From positions 1,674-65,673 of the forward strand of contig CAZPCY010000004.1 of assembly GCA_964585295.1 (NCBI GenBank): a stretch of 64,000 nucleotides of DNA, in the 5' to 3' direction. Positions 50,103-60,400 of the stretch are shown here, in pieces. Position numbers and translations under genes: made by a program. Source of the stretch: an uncultured Candidatus Poseidoniales archaeon. Lineage in GTDB: Archaea > Thermoplasmatota > Poseidoniia > Poseidoniales > Thalassarchaeaceae. The number at the start of each line of letters is the position of its first letter. The first letter of the stretch is position 1. The notes under the pieces were generated by a model that saw only the letters and a list, made by a program, of their open reading frames with translations, ran no database searches and was not told where the DNA came from.

Positions 50103-50222
50103 GCCGACCATTTCCTTTCCTAGGGGCCCGGCCGATGTGGGAGAGGAGGAATTCCAAGGTGGCCTCATTCCAAACTCGATAGAGAACGGCATCTTGAGCC
50201 CATCAGCAGCCCTATGCGAAGG

Positions 50223-50309
50223 TGGTGCGGGGAGAGGGATTCGAACCCTCGAACGCTGTTTGCGCCCGGAGCTTAAATCCGGTGCCTTTGACCGCTCGGC
50301 AATCCCCGC
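50223..50309 (-). tRNA. tRNA-Leu(TAA), intronless, CCA encoded
   Basis: Reverse complement folds: acceptor GCGGGGA/TCCCCGC-ACCA, anticodon stem CCGGA/TCCGG with loop TTTAAGC, long variable arm, T arm GAGGG-TTCGAAT-CCCTC. Confidence 0.95.
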
Positions 50310-50409
50310 GAGCCGCCATCGTGCGCCGGGCAATGAATACTGCCCCGAGCGCGGCTTCACTTGCTCACGATTCACAAACGGTAAAACGAGGTTGTCGTCA
50401 CCCACTACC

Positions 50410-53400
50410 GTGCTATCCCCTCAAGTCGGCGGCGGACGGGCGTCCTATGGACGCCATTGGGCGGCTCTGTTCGTCCTCACCATGCTGCTTGCTTCGTGGT
50501 CCGGAGCCTCTGGCCAGATGTCTCCAATGGAGGGGCATCAAGGATCTCTCGATGCTGATTCTACCCGACTGAGCACCTCGTCGCAGTCCTTCCACGACTA
50601 CACGCTCTTCTTAGCCAGATCAAATGGCTCGGCTGGAGGTGATGGTTTCATCACCACCAAGGTGCCCTCCAGTGGCGGCCAAGAAGAGGAACAGGCGGGA
50701 GACACGGATGTGATATTCCGATCACCTGCGATGCTCGAGGATCTGACGATCAAAGGACGCGCGAAGCATGGTTCTTCATCGACCTACTACCTTCCGAGTA
50801 CGTTGTTCATCAAGGCAACCGGTCCAACCAATGCGACTGCCGATTGGAAGATTACCCTGCTGAATGACGGCGACATCGTCGCCGAGGACGATTGGAACAC
50901 TGTCGTCTGTACACCAACCTTCCTCGAACCTTGCGGCTTCGACGAACGTTCGTTTAAGTTGGAGTGGAATGGCCCGGGAGCTAACGGCGACCGGTTCAAT
51001 GTCAGCAAAGGAAACCAGTTGGTTTTGGAGGTCCGTGCCGACCTCGATTGTTCTTCAAACCAACCAGGAGGGCCGTCCGATGCTAGTGGGACAGAGGGGC
51101 GGCAATTCGGTCAACCCGAGTGCGCGGCTTGGATTGCGTACAATGAGATCGATGGAGCAAGCGACCGTTATTCGTTCATCGATGTAGAATCGAATGCTCT
51201 CAAGGAGAGCCTCATTCTTGTGCAGAGATCCGGAGCGGGACCTGGGGAGGATGTCCCCATCACCGAGTGGTTCCCCAATGATGTCCTCTCAGCAAGGACG
51301 ATGCAGTTCCGTTTCCACGTAACCTCATCGTTCGGTAGATTCGATGTCGACACGGTGAAACTGACTGTGATCTCTCCGTCTGGAAGCAAGGACGTCGATC
51401 AGGAGATTGACGGACAGTTGGATGGGGTGGAGGACAATCATTGGGGCATAATCGGTACACATCAGTGGACATACCCGGGGGGTGTCGAATCGGGTGAATA
51501 CGTGGTCCGGTTGGAGGTCACCGATATCCAGGGCAACGTGATCGTGATTGACCATCCGAATCTCCAGATGAGGAGATTCGGTGTCGCTCTCCGTCATGGT
51601 GATGATCGGAGCGTCGAGTATGTCGCTCCTGATCAGCAGACTTCGATTCCGTTGCAACTGCAACACCGAGGCTCAGTTTCCGAATCGGTTGAGGTCGAAT
51701 TGAGGTTGTTGACCTCTCTTGGAAGCGCTTGGTTCAATGAGTTCGATCGAGATGATGGTTACACCTTGGAACGAGGTGGCGCAGTGATGAACCCGATTCT
51801 CACTCTCAGGGCTCCAAGTGACCTCACTGGTTCACCCAACGCAATAGAGATCAAGGCGACCGCTACCGCCATGATTGAGAACATCCCGACCGTTGTCCAT
51901 GAGGATGTCCTCTATCTATCGTTAGAGAAGATCGATGTCTATGCACCCCCAATGGTCAGCATCTGGAACGGCAATCACAGTGAGCAGTACGCGAACAGCA
52001 GCCGCCCGGACGCTTTCGATACCAGCATCCCGAGATACGTGGAGGATGGCGAATTCACAACCTTCCTAATCGAGATCTTCAACACCGGATTCGACAGTGA
52101 CACATTCCGGATAGATGTCCTTGAGAGATCGAAGGCAATCGTGCAGTTGTACGACAACGACACCAACCAGAGAATCCTCGAAGATGAGGGGGACGGGACT
52201 TTCCATACCGCGGAGTTGTCCCGACATACCACAGATGTCTTCAGGTTGCAGATCAAGCCCTCTGCCAATCGAGAGGATGGCGATACCGGTGTCGTACGGC
52301 TTCAAGTCATGAGCAGTGGCAACGGTAGCCACGCCAGCACCACGGAATTCACAGTGCAGCGAACCTTCGGTGTGCGTGCAGTCGTAGTACATGACTGCGA
52401 CGGCGTCCCTCTTGGGTCCGTAAGTGAGGCTGCCTGCATCGTGGATGCAGATGATTCGATTGGGATGCGAATCAAGGTCACGAACAGCGCCACTGCGGGG
52501 ACCGCTTCGACTTGGTGGCGCTTAATCAATCCAGCCGACTTGCCTGAGAATGCAGCCACCGACCCCGCTCTAGTCCAATGGGAATACCGTATAACCGATG
52601 CAGATGGCGATGGGATCGGCCGAGTCTCACTCGCCCCCCAGGAATCGACTGAGGTGATGCTGGACATCTCGCCGAAGCAGGAGATAGAGGTGGGTAATCA
52701 CACCATCCTCCTTAGAATTGAAGAGGACACCACAGACGAAGACAAGGCATACTTCGACCTACCAATCATCGTACAAGTGTCGGCCGATGATCCATCCTTG
52801 CGTGTGGTCCAGGTGTCGAGATCCGAGTCACTCCGGCCCGGTGAGACTCGGGAGGTACAGATGAAGGTGCACAATGATGGCAACTCCCCCTTGCTGGTCC
52901 TCCTCACCGCAACGGTCGAACAGTCAAACTGGGATGCTGATGTGATTGGACCCTCAGGCTCTCCTCTGATTGAGATCGGGCCGTTTGAGGAGGCGGCCTT
53001 CACCCTCCGAATAACCGCGCCAGCGGATGCCAATTCCGGCACCGAGGTTCCAGTGCGCATTGAAGCCGAGCCCTACGGTACCAACACTTCGTTTGAGGAG
53101 GATGATACCGCGATCTTAGATGTCAGTGTGAAGATCGAGATTACCGGCATATCGGAGCGACTGATGAATGAGGTCAAGCATCCGAGGGTGACCACGGTCC
53201 TGTTCGGCATTGGAGCCCTCCTGTTGCTTGTGGCCGCCATGCAGAATCGGGTCAATCGCCGCCGTTGGGCAGAGCACACGGCGGCTCAGGAAGAGTGGTA
53301 CGAGGATGAGGAAATCGAGGAATTCAAGGTTCGGGACGACCCACTGCCTGATCCTATCGGAGAAGAGGATACGGACGATGACGACATTGAGTTAATCGAA

Positions 53401-53424
53401 CTGGTCGACGAAGACACTGATTAG
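50410..53424 (+). CDS. Large secreted Ig-like repeat surface protein (COG1470/NEW3-like) with C-terminal TM and acidic tail
   Basis: Signal peptide (RHWAALFVLTMLLASWSGASG), repeated N.G...D.F / V.N.GN / I.APADA..G beta-sandwich motifs, TM, D/E-rich tail; GTG start 23 nt after GTAAAA. Confidence 0.75.
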   Translation: MLSPQVGGGRASYGRHWAALFVLTMLLASWSGASGQMSPMEGHQGSLDADSTRLSTSSQSFHDYTLFLARSNGSAGGDGFITTKVPSSGGQEEEQAGDTDVIFRSPAMLEDLTIKGRAKHGSSSTYYLPSTLFIKATGPTNATADWKITLLNDGDIVAEDDWNTVVCTPTFLEPCGFDERSFKLEWNGPGANGDRFNVSKGNQLVLEVRADLDCSSNQPGGPSDASGTEGRQFGQPECAAWIAYNEIDGASDRYSFIDVESNALKESLILVQRSGAGPGEDVPITEWFPNDVLSARTMQFRFHVTSSFGRFDVDTVKLTVISPSGSKDVDQEIDGQLDGVEDNHWGIIGTHQWTYPGGVESGEYVVRLEVTDIQGNVIVIDHPNLQMRRFGVALRHGDDRSVEYVAPDQQTSIPLQLQHRGSVSESVEVELRLLTSLGSAWFNEFDRDDGYTLERGGAVMNPILTLRAPSDLTGSPNAIEIKATATAMIENIPTVVHEDVLYLSLEKIDVYAPPMVSIWNGNHSEQYANSSRPDAFDTSIPRYVEDGEFTTFLIEIFNTGFDSDTFRIDVLERSKAIVQLYDNDTNQRILEDEGDGTFHTAELSRHTTDVFRLQIKPSANREDGDTGVVRLQVMSSGNGSHASTTEFTVQRTFGVRAVVVHDCDGVPLGSVSEAACIVDADDSIGMRIKVTNSATAGTASTWWRLINPADLPENAATDPALVQWEYRITDADGDGIGRVSLAPQESTEVMLDISPKQEIEVGNHTILLRIEEDTTDEDKAYFDLPIIVQVSADDPSLRVVQVSRSESLRPGETREVQMKVHNDGNSPLLVLLTATVEQSNWDADVIGPSGSPLIEIGPFEEAAFTLRITAPADANSGTEVPVRIEAEPYGTNTSFEEDDTAILDVSVKIEITGISERLMNEVKHPRVTTVLFGIGALLLLVAAMQNRVNRRRWAEHTAAQEEWYEDEEIEEFKVRDDPLPDPIGEEDTDDDDIELIELVDEDTD

Positions 53425-54347
53425 AAGTCGTCCCACGCCATTCCAGACCTCAGCTTGGGTCCTGTGTCGCCCCTAGCGGCCTCCCTACTTGCCATTCTTC
53501 TCAGATCGGCATTTTCCTCTTCCTTGAACAATCCCCGCAAAGTGTTCCAAGAAATCGTCAAGGCGAACCAGCCAATCACGATGGTCGGGAACCATAGGAT
53601 CACCCAATCTGGTACCTCCACATCGGCTGCCGGTTCGTCCGAATCATCACCGGCCTCGAGATCGATTCGATCTTCTAGCCCCTCGAGGAAGGCGGTTTGA
53701 TTGGTCATCACTATGACCGCCCAAGCCAAGACTAGGAGCGCACCAATCAGATACTTACCCCTTCTAATCCACTTCGGGTCCGGATAGGGAGAATCCACCC
53801 ATATCAGCTCGATCTCACGGATTTTCTCTGATTTCTTGTGCAGCTTCAGTACGGTTCTGCGTCGCACATTGCTTAGCATCCTAGCCTCATCTCCGGCGGA
53901 CCAGAGGAAGACATCGAATCGCTTGTTTCGGTGGTTGGTACCGACCGCGACCATGCGAGGTTGCTCTGCGATCATGGGCTTGCCTCCTAGGAATCCCCAC
54001 TTGTGGATTCTAACTATGGCCCCGTGTTCATTCAGAGCAACCCTACTAGAACGTCTGCTATACTTCCAGGCAGCGGCCCACATCAAAGGACCGGCAGCAA
54101 TGTACTGGCCAGCCTCAACCTCTTCGGAGAAGCCGAATATGTAGGCTTGGATGCCGGCGACAACCAGCATGATTCCAACAGGGAATCCAAGCAGTGCCAA
54201 GCGAGCCTCAAGGACCGTGCTTCCAATCCGCTTGGCTCCTTTCCTCTGCTGCTTGGAGGCAACACGCACTCCTACTCCCAAATCGTGGTTCAACTTCAAT
54301 CCTGTGCTGTATCGCAGCCCTATGAAAGCGCCTCCTATGGCCATCAA
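53421..54347 (-). CDS. Hypothetical membrane protein
   Basis: About 4-5 TMs and a basic soluble segment; stop codon overlaps that of the convergent gene. Confidence 0.55.
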   Translation of the reverse strand: MMAIGGAFIGLRYSTGLKLNHDLGVGVRVASKQQRKGAKRIGSTVLEARLALLGFPVGIMLVVAGIQAYIFGFSEEVEAGQYIAAGPLMWAAAWKYSRRSSRVALNEHGAIVRIHKWGFLGGKPMIAEQPRMVAVGTNHRNKRFDVFLWSAGDEARMLSNVRRRTVLKLHKKSEKIREIELIWVDSPYPDPKWIRRGKYLIGALLVLAWAVIVMTNQTAFLEGLEDRIDLEAGDDSDEPAADVEVPDWVILWFPTIVIGWFALTISWNTLRGLFKEEENADLRRMASREAARGDTGPKLRSGMAWDDF

Positions 54348-54475
54348 TCCAATCGCCTAGATTCGCATTGCAATCACCATCCCGGCTCACTTTCCCGCGC
54401 GTGAGGGCGCGCGCATGTCCGAACATCGCTCCATTCTCCTTAAGGTGCGGATTGACCGCCTCGCGGTTGATTCAC

Positions 54476-57400
54476 ATGTCGCAGACATGCACGGCCTCCT
54501 GGTCCGCCGACCCACTCCGACCGCACCGCCAGAGTTCAATCACACTGGCCCTGCTGCTGCTGCTGTCTTCTCTGGCCGGCTTGCAATATGCATCTTGGAA
54601 GGCTCTCGCTAGCACTGATCAGGATGGTGACGGACTAAGTTATGGATTGGAATTCCTACTGAACACCCAGCCTCAGGACTGGGATAGCGACAACGACGAA
54701 CTTCCTGATGGGTGGGAGTGGCTCCATGGTCTCGATCCACTGGATGGGTCGACGCTCACGAGCAACGGCGCTCAGGGTGACCCCGACGGGGACGGACTGT
54801 CGAACAAGGATGAGTACCAATACGCCATGCCGAACAATTGGGACTCTACCTCGACGCCCAACGAACTCGACAACGGAGTATGGTGGAATGGCACGGTCCC
54901 GACCCGTAACTGGGATGAGGAGAGTGCAATGCAGGCGAGCCAGGGCACAGGAACCGATGGCAGTGACGAGGATCCGATGGGGAACATCTGCGCAGATGGC
55001 ATGGACAACGACCGCGATGGCGCCGTCGATGCAGCGGATTCGGATGGTGATGGCGACGCGGATTGCTCCAGTGACGACGATGATGGAGATGGTTTGATCG
55101 ACGAGGACCCGGATGGTTACGATACGGACAACGATGGCATGAACGATGGCTGGGAGGTCGCGAACAATCTCGACCCTCGATCCCCCTCAAATCAGGATGG
55201 AGCCTCGGGTGATCCGGACGGCGATGGATTGGTGAATCTCTTCGAATACGTCAATCCGAGTTGGACCACACAGAACCAAGGCGTACCCTACTACATGCCC
55301 GGCCACCCATCTCAGCAGCGGACCGAGACCGAATCACCCTGCAACCCAGTCCTAGGCCTAGGCCCTGGCGGTTGCCAGTCTCTGACCGCCGAGGTGGATG
55401 GTGTCACATCGACGAATCCGCAGAGTGCCGACACCGATGGAGACGGATTGAACGACAGCTATGAGGCACTGACTCTCCGGACCGATCCCACCGCCTCTGA
55501 CACGGACAGCGATGGCGTCTCTGACGGCGTCGAGGTGAACGGTGCCTATGGCAATCCTCCGCAGGCGAGTGACCCTAGGGACAACAACACCGATGACGAT
55601 CCATTCGACGACGGCGATGAGGACATCGACGGCGATGGCGTTGTCGATGCAAACGAGACGGATCCCACTAGAAGAGAGGATTCTGGAGACTATGATGGTG
55701 ACGGCATAGAGAATTGGGAGGAGAACCTGACTTGCACGCTCTGGAATATCGCCGACACCGACTACGGTGGAGTAAGTGATGGTCTGGAGCGCCAGAACCT
55801 CCATCAGACCGACCCCTGTCTCTCGACAGTGGACTTTTCTACCAACCACATCTCATATTCCTCACTCAGTCAAACCCTACTGGTCCAGAACGTGACTGGC
55901 TTCGGCGTAGGATGGAATGATTGGAGGCCCACCGCACCTCCGAGACAAGGATTTTACAACCTATCGAACGGATCCCTAATCCCCTTCACATACTCGTATA
56001 CCGAGATTGTTGGAAGTGAGCATAGAATTGTCGGAGTGACGGTACCCCCTCCAGGTTCCACCACCGAGGTTCTCTCCAAGAACGGCTCATGGTGCTGGAA
56101 TGCGAACATCCTCGCTGCGAACAACGTCGCTTGGTGCGATGACGACTACTACGACCACGACTTGGATGGCCTTGCCGATTGGGAGGAGCAGGCAGGAACC
56201 TGGGGTTTCACCAGTGATCCTTTCCTTTGGGATACTGATGGCGACACCGTCAACGATCTTGATGAGATTATGAATGGCACCGATCCAAACGAGCCATGTG
56301 ACAACAATCGCGACAGCGATGGCGACGGATTGAACGATTATTTCGAGAACAACACTGGCTGCCCGATGATCTATGTTCCTGGTATGGGTGGCAATGGCTC
56401 GTTAGACACCTATGTTACGGATTATCTGACGCAGGACACGGACAATGGTGGGGTGGCGGACGGTCAGGAATATCTGGATGGGACCAATCCGCAGAACGAT
56501 GCGAGCGACGATCAGAATCCGGCCGACACAGACGGAGACGGGATCCCGGATGCCGTCGAAAACAACACAGGTACGGACTGGCGTAATCCCGATACCGATG
56601 GCGGTGGGATGACTGATTACGAGGAGTGCCCGCCACAGTTCTGGATGTTCAACTGCCAAGGGAGCGGTCAGGATCCGTGGGATCCGACCGATGACATCAG
56701 GCCAACCGACATCGTGTTCTGGGCCAATAACACGACGAACGGCACGGATCCCTTCCAGTCACACTTTTGGCGTCAATACACATATGATGAATACACTGGA
56801 GTCGCCTTCGGCGTAAACCAGTCTTTGGTTACTTGGAACGAGATGTCCTCTGGATTCACTGACACGCAGTGGTTGGCAGATCCATCCTTCCACAATGTAA
56901 CGAACACCTGGCAGTTGACCTTCAATCAGACAGTGAACCCTAGTTCGAATCTTCCGAATCCCTACGCAGCAACTCAATTCATGATGTGGGCAGATCCATC
57001 TGCCGGGTTGAACCATTCCAATTGGACTCATGACATCAGGGTTTCCGATGTGCCAATAGATACCGCGATGATTGATTCACCTGGAATTTTCTTCCCAGAT
57101 CAGGTAAGGCAGAATTCGACCGCATTTCAGGGATCCTCATATTCAACTGAAGTGCCGTCATCCTTCTACGACCCCAACAACCCCGAATCGTACGCGCTCA
57201 ATGTGACGGATGCGATAATCTCCGAGGCTGGAGCGATTAGCGCTTGGGAAAAGATGGAAGCACTCGTCACTTGGATAAGGGAGGGCAACAACACCACCGA
57301 GCCTAAACTGAACCACGATGGTAGCGTGATGCCGGTCGGACTCGACCTGACGACGTTCATGCTGCACGACTCGCTTGAGGGTACTTGCAACGAATGGTCC

Positions 57401-60400
57401 ATCACGCTAACCATGATGGCTCGGCTCGCTGGTCTGCCAGCTAGACAGGTCTCAGGTTACTCCAGTGGGGCCTGGCACGGCACTGGATTCCAGGTGCTCG
57501 GATTGCACCATCAGACATGGACCGAAGTACATCTGCAGACCAATCCAGCGCAGGGCAACCGAGACATGGGTTGGGTCCCCTTCGATTCCTGTCCTCCTGC
57601 AGAGGAAGTGGACATCATCGACTCTGTATGGGGCCCGGACATAATCGATCGGAACATGTCAGGAGACCAAATATTCCTCAATGGCACCTTAATCTTCACT
57701 GAGAACCAGAGCGTCGCCGTCGGAGTCGTGCTGCAACTGTATCTAGTACCTCCTGAAGAGGCGGCGAACATCCCTGGTCTGGCCGCCACCGGAGGTCGGC
57801 TGGTGGGGACCGGTATCTCAGCGAGCAATGGGACCTTCTCGCTGAAGGGATTCGCCAATGAGCCGATACGAACCGGATTCGGACGCCTCGTGGTCCAGAC
57901 CGTAGCTAGCGGCTATGTCGGGCAAGGGGGTATCGCAAATACCAGTTGGTTGGTCAATGTGACAGACGATACAAACCTGACCATCGAGGCACCGATGCCG
58001 GTCGCGGCACCAATCATCGGCGCAGGGGCAAACACCACGCTGAGCGGCCGTCTTCGATTGGAGATGCTGCCTTGGATAGACATGCCGACCTTCGACACCC
58101 ACACGGTATTCCTGAACTTCACCTCGAACATCAGCGGACCCATATCCATCCAAACTGTGGTCCAGCCCACTGGTTCCTTCGAGTTCTACCTTAGCCTCGA
58201 TGAGAACGAGACCCAAGGACTCAGGCCTGCGACCATCGAATTCCCCGGCTGGCATGAGAGCGATCTCAACAATGCTTCTACCCCAATCTACCACGCTCGT
58301 CCGTCGAATCTCTCATTCGAACTCAATGTAACGGCCGCTCCGGACTTGACCGTCACCGTGGAAGGGAATGGTGCGAACTCATCCCTACTATCAGTCGATG
58401 AACCAATCCATCTGAATGGAACCGTCCTTTCCAGAGGGCATAATCCGGTACCTGTTTCAGGAACCTTGACCTTGCAGATGCGAGAGAACGGCACAGGTCT
58501 TGGATTCGTGAACATCACCACATTCACGCTTGGCCCCGGAAATTGGACCGGCAATCCAGGGAACTTCTCCATCAATTGGGTGATGGCGGCCAACCAGACC
58601 CCGATTCCACCCGGTTTCATCGATCTCCGTGTTGTGTTCGAGGCTGCGAACATTCCCGCGACCGACGAGGAGAACCTGATTGGCTATGGAATCCGAAGCA
58701 TCGTCATGTTCGAGTACTCACTCAGTCCGGTGTTGCGAGGTCAGGGTACCACGGTGTTCGTCAGTATGCTCGATCACACTGGCAGCCAGACGACATCATT
58801 CAACGGAACATATGTCGTCGAGGTGGATGGAACGATGGTGAATACCACTGTTGATCCAGTCGAGGAGTTCTTCGACGTATCTTGGATACCTGATGCCAAC
58901 ACCGCGGCAGGCGACTACTCCTGGTGGATTAACTACAGTGGTTCGCAGTGGTACAAGCCCAACTCTTCCAACAGCAGTCTGAGAATTCAGGGTTTGGCGG
59001 ACATATCTATCATCATCGCTCAGGATTGGACTCACATAGGTCAACAGACGTATGCGACCGGTGACATCCGGGATTCAGTACTGGGCACCATCATCCTGCT
59101 CAACGAGAGTCAGGTCACCTTGCAAGTCGAGCGGCCGGGGAGTGGTCCGAGTGGACCAGGGGGGGAACCACCTCCTCCAGAGATTACCATGCTCGGTCAA
59201 GGATGGGTGGATTCCCTGAATGGGACCTACAACATCTCCTATACGATTCCCAGCCATATCGGTTCAGGCGTCTACAATCTCACCGTGTCCTGCGATTTCC
59301 AACTAGTAGCACCGACAGGTGGGCCGTACTATGAGATGAATGAATTGGGGTTCACCGATGTTGGCATACAGAGCGAGGCGAAGCTAATCAGTGAGATATC
59401 CTCCACTGTCGTCGTGGTCGGTAATCAACTACTTGTCAATGTCAGTGCCCAAGATGTCGCTGACTCATCTAACTTGACCAACGCAGCATTGGAGTTGGTC
59501 TGGGATTGGGATGGTCCTGACAACGGGACGCTATCCACAGCGAATGTCGGAGTAGACGGCTGGGCAAGATTCTCTCCGACAATCGACATAGATGTCGAAC
59601 CTGGTTGGTACGATGTACGGATATTCATGGCAGATGATGTGTCGGATACGCTGTCGACGCCGAATGCAGGACGTTGGCTGGGCAACGAAACATTCGTCAA
59701 TGTGACCGTCCAAGTCCCGAGTAACATTTCTCTTGATCCGATGCCCACGTTCGTGACTGCTGGCACCTCGTTCATGCTCACCGGTCAGGTTCTAGATGAT
59801 GTGAACAACAGCCGTCCATTCAACGGAACTGTCGAGGTGACTGTGTTCTTCCTGAATGACAGCAGCGAGGTGCTGATAGATTCCTTCACCACGACTCCGA
59901 ATGGATCGTTTAACATCAGCGTCCCGACCGATCCGAATGGCGATGGTGTGACCAGCGGCGACAAGACTGTCGTGGTAAGCGTGCTGAACGACACCAATCC
60001 ATTCTATCTGACCAGTACTGGGACTGGGATGATTCTCGTGAAGGGGGTGACGGAATTCACCGATGTGAGCCCGCTGATTCCGATTATAGTCGAGCGCGGA
60101 GGCAATGTCACCTTTGGTGGCATGTTGCGAGAGGCCAGCGATGGCGACCGACTGCTGTCGAACATGACCATCGCGGGATTGTTCCACGACACTTGGATGA
60201 ATGAGTCCATGACGAACTCGACCGGCGATGTTGACTTCTCATTCTCCATTCCGAACAGCCATCCGCTAGGTCAGGTCGAACTTACCCTGTTCTTCAACGG
60301 CACCTATCCGTTGCATTCCACCAATCGAACCTTCAGTACCGTGACCGTACGATCTTTGACGGTATTGGTCATCAATCCTATCAGCGACAATCCGGTCGCG

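Noticed and set aside
40745..50309. Integrated element at the tRNA-Leu 3' end carrying the bacterial-like genes
   Set aside because: No integrase, no duplicated tRNA 3' end found by eye and no evident compositional break; any transfer would be ancient.
50035..50409. N-terminal extension of the 1129-aa ORF
   Set aside because: It overlaps the previous gene and tRNA-Leu; the signal peptide and TATA-like element point to GTG 50410.
54610..56700. DNA-level repeat array or diversity-generating retroelement in the giant gene
   Set aside because: Repeats are similar only at protein level; no near-identical template/variable pair and no reverse transcriptase in the window.
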